This document shows, in pieces, positions 29,405-40,142 of a stretch of DNA of 64,000 nucleotides (the stretch's first letter is position 1; each line of letters opens with the position of its first letter). Location: positions 429,566 through 493,565 of the forward strand of contig JAPPAP010000025.1 in assembly GCA_026705465.1 (NCBI GenBank). Reading direction: 5' to 3'. The notes under the pieces are model-generated. The model was not told the origin of the DNA and searched no databases. It worked only from the letters and a program-made list of their open reading frames with translations. Both the position numbers and the translations under genes were made by a program. Source of the stretch: a bacterium. Lineage in GTDB: Bacteria > Actinomycetota > Acidimicrobiia > Acidimicrobiales > Bin134.

Positions 29405-29468
29405 ATTTCGTTGACTTTAGACGAAATGAAAGGAGCGCTGCCCGGATACCCCGGACAGCGCTCCTTTC
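29405..29468 (-). promoter_or_regulatory. Intercistronic stem-loops between the SBP and permease genes
   Basis: An 18-bp stem with one mismatch pairs 29428-29445 with 29451-29468 (gaaaggagcgctgcccgg / ccggacagcgctcctttc). An adjacent 7-bp stem pairs 29405-29411 with 29421-29427 (atttcgt/acgaaat). Confidence 0.6.
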
Positions 29469-29509
29469 TCGCCTGCGACGCGTTCAGCATCGCGGCTCAG
29501 TTATTGGGT

Positions 29510-30550
29510 TTAGCGGGTTCCCTGGGACACCAGCGCCTTGACATCTGCCGCGTTGGCGGTGTCGACGAAGCCCGGACCGGTGAGGATGGGCAGGCCGCCG
29601 CCCGCGGTGTTCAGGTTGGTGGCTTGCAGGTGCATCAGGATGACCGGCAGGTAGCCCTGGAGGTACTGCTGCTGATCAACTGTGAAGGCGACGTTGCCGG
29701 CCTCAATCTGATCGATGAGGTCGCTGGACAGGTCGAAGCCGCCGATGATGAGGTCCCGTCCGGCCTGCTCGCCGGCAGCAAGAGCCCGCAAGGGCAGGTT
29801 CGGACCCACGCCGAGCACGGCGTCGATGCTCTCATCGCCTTGGAGGATGGCGGCAATGGTGTTCTGCTGCTCATCAGGGGTGGCGTCGAGACCGACGAAC
29901 TCCGAGGTCACCTGGCCGTTGAAGGTCTCGGCCAAGCCATTGCAGCGCTCTTCCAGAGCCACGTTGGTCTGCTCCTGGCGGGCGCAGAGCACGTGGGTGG
30001 CACCCAGTGCGTTGAACCGCTCACCAGCTCCGTTACCGGCCACCGTCTCGGTTTGGCCGATGTGGGTGGTCGCGCCAAGGGCCTTGTAGTTGTTCACACC
30101 AGAGTTGAGCGTGTACAGCGGGATGCCCGCAGCAACGACGGCCTCAGCAGCCGACTGGACGCCAGCCGGATCGGCCAGCGAAATGGCGATGCCGTCGGAG
30201 CCGGCGGCTATGGCCGCCTCAATCTCCTGGGCTTGCCTCAGGGCGTCGTTGTTGGAGCCGAAGTAGACCACTTCACAGCCGATGGCTGCGGCGGCATCGC
30301 GCACGGCCACCTCGACCACCGACCAGAAGGTGCCGGAGTCACCGTGGGTGATGACATGGTAGGTCTTGTCGCAGCCCTGGGTTGGGTCTACTTCCACGAC
30401 CTCCGTCGGCTCTGGAGCTTCAGTGGCTGGTGCCGCTGCTTCAGTTGGCTCACTGGGAGCGTCGCCGCTTGTGTCGTCGTCGTTGCCGCAGGCTGCGGCT
30501 ACGAGCGAGAGCGCAAACAGCAGCGCCATCAGCTTCCATAGCTTTCTCAT
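29510..30550 (-). CDS. Sugar/inositol ABC transporter substrate-binding lipoprotein (RbsB/PBP1 type)
   Basis: The start was refined to MRKLWKLMALLFALSLVAAACGNDDD, which includes a lipobox. The fold is PBP1-like. Confidence 0.85.
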   Translation of the reverse strand: MRKLWKLMALLFALSLVAAACGNDDDTSGDAPSEPTEAAAPATEAPEPTEVVEVDPTQGCDKTYHVITHGDSGTFWSVVEVAVRDAAAAIGCEVVYFGSNNDALRQAQEIEAAIAAGSDGIAISLADPAGVQSAAEAVVAAGIPLYTLNSGVNNYKALGATTHIGQTETVAGNGAGERFNALGATHVLCARQEQTNVALEERCNGLAETFNGQVTSEFVGLDATPDEQQNTIAAILQGDESIDAVLGVGPNLPLRALAAGEQAGRDLIIGGFDLSSDLIDQIEAGNVAFTVDQQQYLQGYLPVILMHLQATNLNTAGGGLPILTGPGFVDTANAADVKALVSQGTR

Positions 30551-30557
30551 TATGGGG

Positions 30558-31493
30558 TTACCCCTCTCTAGGTAATTGTTGTTGTTTGTGTGAGGCTCCG
30601 GCACCCGCGAGAACGGGTTCCAGACTTCGCAGGAAATCGATGCTCTGGCAGGCGTCGAACCTCAGCCGAGCTATGGCGGATGGATCTCCTTCCGCTATCG
30701 CTGCATCCTGCTCCAGGACGTACCAGAGGTCGCGTCCTGATTTTTCCAGTAGGTCGACGATCTCGGCGATCGGCAACCCTCCCTGGCCTAAAGGCGGGAA
30801 CAGGCCCTGCTGAACGCCCTGCATGAGCGACAGCACTCCCGCCGAAACCTGGGCGGCGATGCCCAGGTTTACGTCTTTGATGTGTACGAGTGCGATGCGA
30901 TCCAAGTAGCGCTTGGCCATCTCGGCGACATCGCCGCCTCCGAGGAGGAGATGGGCGGTGTCGAGCACCAGTGCGGTGTCACTGGCGTGCAGCACTTGGT
31001 CGGTTTCCGCGTTGGTTTCCACCAGACATCCGAAATGGGGATGGAGGGCCTGGATCAGGCCATGATCGGTGGCGATCTGTTCGACCTCGGCGAGGGTGTC
31101 AGCCACCACGCTCCATTGGTGCTCAGCGAGCGGCGTCTGGCGCCAGTTGTCGGGATGGCTGACCGCGCAGGAGACGAAGTAGCGGCCACCACCGCCGGAA
31201 ATCAGCTTCGCGGCCTCGGTTGCCGCGGCTCGGGTCATCTCGACTTGGGCGGGGTCGTGCAGCACCAGGGGAATGAATCCACCGAGCAGGGAGAGGTTGT
31301 GCTTGTCAAGAATGGCCCGCAACTCGGCTGGCTCAGTGGGCAGATAGCCGAGCGAGCCCAATTCGGTATGGGTGAACCCAGTAGCTGACATCTCCTTGAG
31401 CACAGCTTCAACCGGAAGCTGGTATCCCCACCCCGGCATCTCACAGACACCCCAACTGATGGGCGCGGTGGCGATTCGTTCAAATAATTTCAT
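30558..31493 (-). CDS. iolE: Inosose dehydratase (xylose isomerase-like TIM barrel)
   Basis: The start was refined to MKLFERIATAPISWGVCEMPGWG. It is the first gene of the iol block. The start assignment has moderate confidence. Confidence 0.75.
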   Translation of the reverse strand: MKLFERIATAPISWGVCEMPGWGYQLPVEAVLKEMSATGFTHTELGSLGYLPTEPAELRAILDKHNLSLLGGFIPLVLHDPAQVEMTRAAATEAAKLISGGGGRYFVSCAVSHPDNWRQTPLAEHQWSVVADTLAEVEQIATDHGLIQALHPHFGCLVETNAETDQVLHASDTALVLDTAHLLLGGGDVAEMAKRYLDRIALVHIKDVNLGIAAQVSAGVLSLMQGVQQGLFPPLGQGGLPIAEIVDLLEKSGRDLWYVLEQDAAIAEGDPSAIARLRFDACQSIDFLRSLEPVLAGAGASHKQQQLPREG

Positions 31494-31561
31494 GTGCGCG
31501 CCCGCGGCTCCCCTACTGACGCCCCTCCAGACTGACAGTCTTGTGCCTGATGGGTTGTCGG

Positions 31562-32209
31562 TCAAGCCGTAAACTCGGCCAGTATCCTGTCGAGCTCGGC
31601 TAGAGCGGGGGCGATGTGTTCTCCTACCAGTACGCCGTGCATGCCGAGGTCTCGGGCTGCGGTGACGTTCGGCTCGAAGTCGTCCAGAAATGCGCTGAAA
31701 TTGGGACGGGATACGTCCATACGCTCTAGGGCCAGTTGGTAGATCCTCGGATCGGGCTTGCGCATGCCCACCGCGCTGGAGTCGACCACTGCTTCAAACA
31801 GCTCATCGACTGGGATGAGCTGGCGCCACATGTCGCCGAACTCCTTGGCGTTGTTGGTGATGATGGCCTGTCTGATGCCTGCTTCGTTCAACTCCCGCAC
31901 CTTGGCCACTGCCATCTCACGCCGCTCCTCGCTGCTGGTGCTGCTCATAGCCTTGAAGAATCCCTCAGAGTCGAACCCTTCGATGCCGTCGGCCCGACAG
32001 GACTCAGCCGCCGCCTCCAGCGCCTCGGCCAGGGTTCCCTCGCCCCGCTCCAGCCGATGCCAGGGATGGTCGCCGTCGGCCTCGTATCGCCCGAACACAT
32101 GTTCCAAGAGCCGCTCGTTGGTGGTGCCCAGGGAGCGGGCATAGTCGTCGAGGTGGAACGGCGACCCAGTGAACACCCCACCGAAATCCCAGAACACTGC
32201 ATCAATCAT
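31562..32209 (-). CDS. HAD superfamily hydrolase
   Basis: 215 aa. Motif I is FWDFGGVF, and the later strings ITNN and LDDFEPNV fit the HAD-IA pattern. Confidence 0.7.
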   Translation of the reverse strand: MIDAVFWDFGGVFTGSPFHLDDYARSLGTTNERLLEHVFGRYEADGDHPWHRLERGEGTLAEALEAAAESCRADGIEGFDSEGFFKAMSSTSSEERREMAVAKVRELNEAGIRQAIITNNAKEFGDMWRQLIPVDELFEAVVDSSAVGMRKPDPRIYQLALERMDVSRPNFSAFLDDFEPNVTAARDLGMHGVLVGEHIAPALAELDRILAEFTA

Positions 32210-32237
32210 GGCGACACTGAATCACGGCTCATGCCGA

Positions 32238-34328
<2,091 letters not shown>

Positions 34329-34359
34329 TTATGGACCCCTGGGTTCGCAGGACCTGGGT

Positions 34360-35547
34360 CTAGCCCATTGGCGTCTGGCCTTGGTCTGGCTGGCGCAACG
34401 GAGACTGCATGGCTTCTAGCACTGCTAGGGCGACTTCGTGGTTTATGGCCTCGGGCACGGGGTGGGGACCCAAGGGCACGGTTTTGCCCTGGGTGGCCAG
34501 GAGCTCCAATGAGCGGGCTTGAAGGGTGAAGCCAAGGTCCATTGACTCTATGGAGTTGCCCCTTGAGCCTTGCGCGGCAAGATTCACAATCTGCCCATCG
34601 GCGATCACGAACACGCTCTTGTCGGCACCGAGGTCGTAGCGGGTGAGCGACGGTTCCAGTGGGCTGGCTGACGCCGCATCTTTGAGTTCCGACACGGTGA
34701 TTTCCCGGTCGGTATGCCCTGCGTTGGCGAGCACGGCGCCGTCGCGCATTTGGCGGATCAGGTCGACGTCAATCACGCCTTCCCGCCCGGTGGCGGTGAT
34801 GAAGACGTGCCCGATTCCTGCCGCTTCGGATGCGCTGGCAGTACCAAAGCCGTCCATGGCCGCTTCGAGCAGTTTCACCGGGTCAGGATCTACCACCACG
34901 ACGTTGGCACCGCGGCCCGCGGCGAACTGAGCAATGCCTCGGCCGCACCAGCCGTAGCCGAACACCACCACAACCCTGGCGTGAAGCGAGATGTTGGTAG
35001 TGCTCACGACGGCGTCGAGCACTGACTCGCCCACCCCGTACTTGTTCTCCACAATCGACTTGAGCGGGCTGTCGTTGATGACGATAACCGGCATCCGCAC
35101 CTGCTGGGCATACTGCTCTCTCAGCAGAAAGGCGCCCGAGGTCGTCTCCTCTGTGGCCCCTAGTGGCAACCTGCCGGCTTCTATGCACGCCACGATCAGC
35201 TCGGCACCGTTATCCAGCAAAAGATCGAATCCCATGGCGGCCATATGTTCGAGGTGCGCAGACACCGAGTGGGCATCGTCGTCGGGCCGGTCGAGTACGT
35301 CGCAGCCCCACGACTCGATTTCTGCGACGGTGTCGAACTGGGTGGTACCCACGTTTCCCAAGGCAGTTACTTGCGCACCCCCGCGAATGAGTGCGTCGAT
35401 CAGCACCGCCGTTTTGGGTTCCAGGTGAATCCGCAGGCCGATGCTGAGCCGGTCGAACGGGCGCGTACCTTCGAACTCTTGAGCCACTGCTGCCAGCACT
35501 GGCATGTGGCGGCGGGTCCAGGCGATGCGCCCGCGCGCGTCACCCAT
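34360..35547 (-). CDS. Adenosylhomocysteinase-family protein (short, divergent)
   Basis: 395 aa. It has EETTSG, VINDSPLKSIVENKYG, and the NAD motif FGYGWCGRG. Several canonical SAHH strings are altered. Confidence 0.65.
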   Translation of the reverse strand: MGDARGRIAWTRRHMPVLAAVAQEFEGTRPFDRLSIGLRIHLEPKTAVLIDALIRGGAQVTALGNVGTTQFDTVAEIESWGCDVLDRPDDDAHSVSAHLEHMAAMGFDLLLDNGAELIVACIEAGRLPLGATEETTSGAFLLREQYAQQVRMPVIVINDSPLKSIVENKYGVGESVLDAVVSTTNISLHARVVVVFGYGWCGRGIAQFAAGRGANVVVVDPDPVKLLEAAMDGFGTASASEAAGIGHVFITATGREGVIDVDLIRQMRDGAVLANAGHTDREITVSELKDAASASPLEPSLTRYDLGADKSVFVIADGQIVNLAAQGSRGNSIESMDLGFTLQARSLELLATQGKTVPLGPHPVPEAINHEVALAVLEAMQSPLRQPDQGQTPMG

Positions 35548-35726
35548 AAATATGTGTCGGTGCAGAGGCGCGCAGGGCTGATTGAAGAAGGTTCACGGGC
35601 GAGATGGTACTGGCAGTCGGCTCTTCGATTACGCCCTGTTCACCCTGGTTCTCGATGTTTGATAGCGATGTCTGAATTCGTACGATTGCCCAGGATGGAT
35701 CGGTTGCGGTTCAACCGGGAGAAGAG

Positions 35727-36608
35727 TTGAGGATGGGTCTCCGGGGAGATCGGGTGTGGGTGTGGGCCGTGCGGGTGTGGTGGGCGGCATTGCCGTTCAC
35801 TGCTGGGCCGGTATTGGCCGACGGACTGTACGAGACATCAGCGGCTTGGCGGTCCACCGCATCGGTAGGGCTATGGGTGCTGTGGGCCGGGGTGCTGGTG
35901 GGTTCCTTGCTAGTCCACCCAGTCACGCTGGTTTTGGTTCGGTTGGCCGGGCTGTCAGCGGTGGCAGCTCTGATGTGGGCGGGGCTGGGTGGTGCCGACT
36001 GGGGCGAGGTTGCCTTGATTGCCGCCATCACCGGGGCGGTGGCTGCGGTTTGTCTGAGCGCACCAGTAGGCCAGGTTTTCGTCAACGGCATCTCCTATGG
36101 CGATGAGGTCCGGCTATTGCTTCGACCGCCGACGGTGCTCCTGGCTGGGCCGCTGCCGGCGGCGGCGGTGATCACGGTTGGGGGCTTGGTCAGCGGACCC
36201 CTCCTGCTGGCCACGGAGCGATGGGTCTTGGGAGGGGTCGTCACCGCCGCGGGCGGAGCAGTAGCCGTTCTGGGAGGCCGCTCCCTCTATTCGCTCACTC
36301 GACGGTGGCTGGTGTTCGTTCCCGCTGGCGTCGTGCTCCACGACCACCTGGCTGTGGAAGACCCGGTGTTGCTACGGCGCCGGGTAGTGACCGCAATTGG
36401 CCCAGCCCAACAGGGTTCAGGGGCTTTCGACTTGACCCAAGGCGCGGCAGGATTGATCTTGGAACTGGCCGCGAACCAGCCCATTACCCTTACACCGCCC
36501 ACTCGCCGAAAGAGCCGAGCCGACCAAGTCGAAGTGGGTGCCATTTTGGTCGCGCCGTCACGGCCTGGTGAGGCAGTAGCTACCGCCCGCCAGCGGCAGC
36601 TCGCCTAG
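35727..36608 (+). CDS. Hypothetical integral membrane protein
   Basis: About 290 aa with multiple hydrophobic segments and a soluble C-terminal region of about 90 aa. The start is TTG at 35727 or ATG at 35733. I recognised no motif. Confidence 0.5.
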   Translation: MRMGLRGDRVWVWAVRVWWAALPFTAGPVLADGLYETSAAWRSTASVGLWVLWAGVLVGSLLVHPVTLVLVRLAGLSAVAALMWAGLGGADWGEVALIAAITGAVAAVCLSAPVGQVFVNGISYGDEVRLLLRPPTVLLAGPLPAAAVITVGGLVSGPLLLATERWVLGGVVTAAGGAVAVLGGRSLYSLTRRWLVFVPAGVVLHDHLAVEDPVLLRRRVVTAIGPAQQGSGAFDLTQGAAGLILELAANQPITLTPPTRRKSRADQVEVGAILVAPSRPGEAVATARQRQLA

Positions 36609-36694
36609 CAGCCGACTTGTCGGATCAGAAGGCTCTGAGCGCTGACAAAACTTTGGGCCTAAGATAGCGAGCACTGAAATACCTAGGGGGGGAC

Positions 36695-37174
36695 ATGGCG
36701 AGTCAGTTCACTGATGCCGAGTTCGACGAGCACGTCCAGCGATATGGGAGCAAAGAGCTCGATTGGGAACCCTTTGCTGCGCAAGGAGACCTCAAAGAGG
36801 AATACCGGCGGGCCCATGTGCGGATGGTGGGGGCCAGCATTACCGGCAAGCACTTCGAGCCCGGAACCATCACCGCCGACCACTTCACCCTGTCGGTGAT
36901 GATGATGCCCCCCGGGGGCGAAGCACCGTCGCATGCCCATGAGGTGGAAGAGGTCTTCTTTGTGGTCAAGGGGGAGTTGACCGCGTGGTGGGAGGATGAC
37001 GACGGCCGGATTGTCGACACCGTTCTGAAGGAGCGGGAGATGATCTACAGCCCCGCCGGAATCATGCACGGGCTTCGCAATCACACCGATGAGGAGGCCT
37101 TGGTTCAAGTCGTCATCGGGGTAGGTCGCCCGCAGAAACCCACTTATCTCGACGCCACCCTCACAAATCTCTGA
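36695..37174 (+). CDS. Cupin domain protein
   Basis: 159 aa. Both cupin motifs are present: GGEAPSHAHEVEEVFFVVKG and SPAGIMHGLRN. An RBS (ggggggg) lies upstream. Confidence 0.8.
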   Translation: MASQFTDAEFDEHVQRYGSKELDWEPFAAQGDLKEEYRRAHVRMVGASITGKHFEPGTITADHFTLSVMMMPPGGEAPSHAHEVEEVFFVVKGELTAWWEDDDGRIVDTVLKEREMIYSPAGIMHGLRNHTDEEALVQVVIGVGRPQKPTYLDATLTNL

Positions 37175-37181
37175 GGCATTT

Positions 37182-37949
37182 GTGCGACTGGGAGAGATGA
37201 GCTGGACGGCTCTGGGCGAGCGGCTCGACCAAAGTCCGCTGGATGTGATCATCCCCCTGGGTGCCCTTGAGCAGCATGGTCCCCATCTTCCCCTGGATAC
37301 CGACGCCCTTATTGCTGAAGCGGTGGCCGACCGGGCGGCCCGAAATATTGGAGGGTGCGTGGTCTCGCCCTGCATCCCGATCGGGGCCTCGAGCCATCAC
37401 CTGGCGTTTCCGGGCACGGCCAGCTTGAGCGACCAGACTCTTCAGAGCGTCTTGGGGGAGGTGATCCAAACCCTTTTGGGTCACGGATTCCAGAGTGCGT
37501 ATCTCGTGACCGGTCACGCCGGAAATGTCGGGGCCATGGCCGCGACCACGGCCGAACTAGACTCTGGTGACCACAGCCGGGTGGTGTCGTTCGATGACTG
37601 GCCCGCTCAGCGGGATGCCATTCATCAAGTGGCCGAAACACAGCTCAACTTGAACCGGGAGCTGGTCGGAACTCACGGCGGCCACTTCGAGACCAGCATC
37701 ATGCTGGCCATCGCCCCTGATCGGGTGGACATGCCGTCGGCAGTGGCTGGCCACATCGGGCCAGCCTCATCGGCTAGCGCCACGCTTCGCTCCGAGGGAA
37801 TGGCTGCGCTGTCGCCAGTCGGGGTTATCGGTGACCCCCGCGGGGCGACCGCCGATGCCGGAGAGCTCTATCTGGACGCGCTGGTCGGCCTAGTGGTCGA
37901 AGGCATAGAAGACCATCGCAATCGAACGAAGCCACGAGTGATCCCATGA
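37182..37949 (+). CDS. Creatininase-family amidohydrolase
   Basis: 255 aa. PLGALEQHGPHLPLDTD is the family signature. Confidence 0.8.
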   Translation: MRLGEMSWTALGERLDQSPLDVIIPLGALEQHGPHLPLDTDALIAEAVADRAARNIGGCVVSPCIPIGASSHHLAFPGTASLSDQTLQSVLGEVIQTLLGHGFQSAYLVTGHAGNVGAMAATTAELDSGDHSRVVSFDDWPAQRDAIHQVAETQLNLNRELVGTHGGHFETSIMLAIAPDRVDMPSAVAGHIGPASSASATLRSEGMAALSPVGVIGDPRGATADAGELYLDALVGLVVEGIEDHRNRTKPRVIP

Positions 37950-39094
37950 GTGAGCCCCTTGTCACCGTCAGCTGGGAAAGGATCCGAGTCGCCATTCCCC
38001 GGGTTGTGGAGGCAGGTTTCGCGATCTTCGTCGTCGTCATCCTCGGCGCGGTCATGACCGTCAAATCTGACGTGTTTCTGACCACCGGAAATCTCCAAAA
38101 CATCCTGCTGCAAACCTCATTCTTGGCTTGCGCAGCTTTCGGGATGACCCTGGTCATCATCGCCGCTGAGTTGGACCTCTCTCAGGGGTCGGTTTTGGCC
38201 CTGATCGGGGTGGTGGCGGCTGAGACCATGGTGCGCAACAACAGCATTGTGCTCGGCCTGTTGGCCGGCGTAGGCGTGGGCATAGCCGCTGGGCTATTCA
38301 ACGGGCTCATCACCGCGGTGCTCAAAGTGCCCTCGTTCATCACCACATTGGGGCTTCTGATCATGGCCCGGGGCCTGGCCCGAGAGATCACCGCGGGCAA
38401 CACGGTCGGCAACCTCCCTGGCGGCTGGAAGGCTTGGTGGAGCGGGGAGTTCATTGGGCTGAGGATGCCAATCTGGGTGGCGCTGGGTCTTGGCGTCACC
38501 TACCACATAATCCTTCGCTATTCCCGGTTCGGGTTACGGGTCTACGCGGTGGGAGGCAACGCCGAAGCGGCTCGCCGGGCTGGTATCAATGTCACCAGGG
38601 TCCGGGTCACCGTTTTCGTTCTGGGTGGCATTGCGGTCGCGGTGGGCGGCTTCACTCTGCTGGGGCGGGTCAACGTCGGCCAGCCCAATGCCGCGGTCCT
38701 CACCGAACTGTATGCGGTGGCCGCGGTGGTGCTCGGGGGCACCAATCTATTTGGGGGACGGGGATCGATTCCCCGCACCCTGGCCGGTGTGCTGCTGATC
38801 GGGGTGATCCGCAACAGCCTGAATCTTCTCAACGTGTCGTCCAACATGCAGGACGTATGGCTGGGCGTTGTATTTGTGTTGGCCATGACATCGCAGTTCT
38901 TGCGCCGCTATCTGGAGCGGTGGGCCAATCGAAGCGAGGACACTGCCATCGAAGTCGAAGTGGAACACGAGCTCGATGAAGAACTTCGTGCCATCGAGGA
39001 AGCCGAGCATTCGGCCAGATCGATGGCACATCAAGAACTCCAGACTGCCGAATCTGCTGAGCAATCGGCTGATTCGACAACGGAGCAACCATAA
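37946..39094 (+). CDS. CUT2 (RbsC-type) ABC permease with acidic C-terminal tail
   Basis: 382 aa. It has AAELDLSQGS, AVGGNAEAARRAGI, and LGGTNLFGGRGS. An ATGA overlap links it to the upstream gene. Confidence 0.88.
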   Translation: MSEPLVTVSWERIRVAIPRVVEAGFAIFVVVILGAVMTVKSDVFLTTGNLQNILLQTSFLACAAFGMTLVIIAAELDLSQGSVLALIGVVAAETMVRNNSIVLGLLAGVGVGIAAGLFNGLITAVLKVPSFITTLGLLIMARGLAREITAGNTVGNLPGGWKAWWSGEFIGLRMPIWVALGLGVTYHIILRYSRFGLRVYAVGGNAEAARRAGINVTRVRVTVFVLGGIAVAVGGFTLLGRVNVGQPNAAVLTELYAVAAVVLGGTNLFGGRGSIPRTLAGVLLIGVIRNSLNLLNVSSNMQDVWLGVVFVLAMTSQFLRRYLERWANRSEDTAIEVEVEHELDEELRAIEEAEHSARSMAHQELQTAESAEQSADSTTEQP

Positions 39095-39113
39095 ACACCC
39101 GGAGGGGAACACA

Positions 39114-40109
39114 ATGAAAACCAAGAACCTGTTGTTCAAGCTGCTAGCGCTGCTTCTGGCCTTTGGGCTGGTGGTGTCGGCATGCGGCAACGACGATGAC
39201 GACGACTCCGCTTCCGGAGAAGGGGGTTGCGAGGAGATCTACGAGGTGCGGTACGCCAATCTGGCGACGTTCATCTTGTATTTCCGCGATCTGGAAGCCG
39301 GCTTGGCCGACTTCGGTGCCCAGAACTGCTGGAACTTCGTCGCCGCCGACGCTGCCTACGTCATCGAAGACCAAGTGGCCCAGATCGAGGACTTCGTGAC
39401 CCAGGGAGTGGACCTGATCATTGCCTCGCCCGGCGACCGCCAAGCGCTGATTCCCGCTTATGAGGCCGCAGCGGAGGCGGGCATTCCCATGCTGTCCACC
39501 GGCGACAGTGTGCAGCAGGCGGCACCAGAGATCGGCTTTATCGGCACCGATTGGGGCGTTGAGGGCACAAAGCAGACAGAGTGGATGGTCGAACAGCTCG
39601 GCGGATCGGGCAAGATCGCTCGCATCGGAGGCCCCGGGGCCAGCGAGTATGTGGAGAAGCGTCGTGAGGGCTTCGAGCACACCATGGAGGCCAATCCCGG
39701 CATCGAAGTGGTGTTCAACCAGAGCGCCAACAGCTTTACCGCTGAGGAAGGCCTTCGCTTGGCTCAGGACGCGTTGACCGCCAACCCCGACCTTGACGGC
39801 ATCTGGGCTGATAGCGATGCCCTGGCGCTGGGAGCGGCTACCGCAGTGGAAGAAGCGGGCATCGACCACGCCGACATCCTCATCAGCGGCACCGACGGTG
39901 AGCCGGCGGTGTTTGATCAGATCCGGGCCGGAACCGGCGTGGACATGACCATCGCGCTGCGGGGCTATCAGTGGGGTTGGCAGACCGCCGAGGTCGCCCA
40001 CCAATACCTCACTACCGACAGCACCGGTCAGGGCTACTTCATCCAGGCCCCCACTTTCGTGGTGGATGCTGACAGCATCGAAGGCAATACCAACGCTGAC
40101 CTCCGGTAG
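39114..40109 (+). CDS. Sugar-type ABC substrate-binding lipoprotein (RbsB/PBP1 type)
   Basis: The start was refined to the ATG at 39114, preceded by an RBS (ggagggg). It has the signal peptide and lipobox LLAFGLVVSACGNDDDDD. Confidence 0.85.
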   Translation: MKTKNLLFKLLALLLAFGLVVSACGNDDDDDSASGEGGCEEIYEVRYANLATFILYFRDLEAGLADFGAQNCWNFVAADAAYVIEDQVAQIEDFVTQGVDLIIASPGDRQALIPAYEAAAEAGIPMLSTGDSVQQAAPEIGFIGTDWGVEGTKQTEWMVEQLGGSGKIARIGGPGASEYVEKRREGFEHTMEANPGIEVVFNQSANSFTAEEGLRLAQDALTANPDLDGIWADSDALALGAATAVEEAGIDHADILISGTDGEPAVFDQIRAGTGVDMTIALRGYQWGWQTAEVAHQYLTTDSTGQGYFIQAPTFVVDADSIEGNTNADLR

Positions 40110-40142
40110 GGGCTTTTTCCCTCCGGTAACCCAATAGCGAAC

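Noticed and set aside
28018-30541. Plus-strand ORFs of 394 aa and 457 aa opposite the large permease and the SBP.
   Set aside because: They are antisense to genes with strong transporter and lipoprotein signatures. Their translations are low-complexity.
35548-35726. A possible SAH riboswitch in the 179-bp region upstream of the adenosylhomocysteinase-like gene.
   Set aside because: Reading the minus-strand leader, I could not find the conserved SAH-element strings or an obvious pseudoknotted helix set. A covariance-model scan (Rfam SAH_riboswitch) would settle it.
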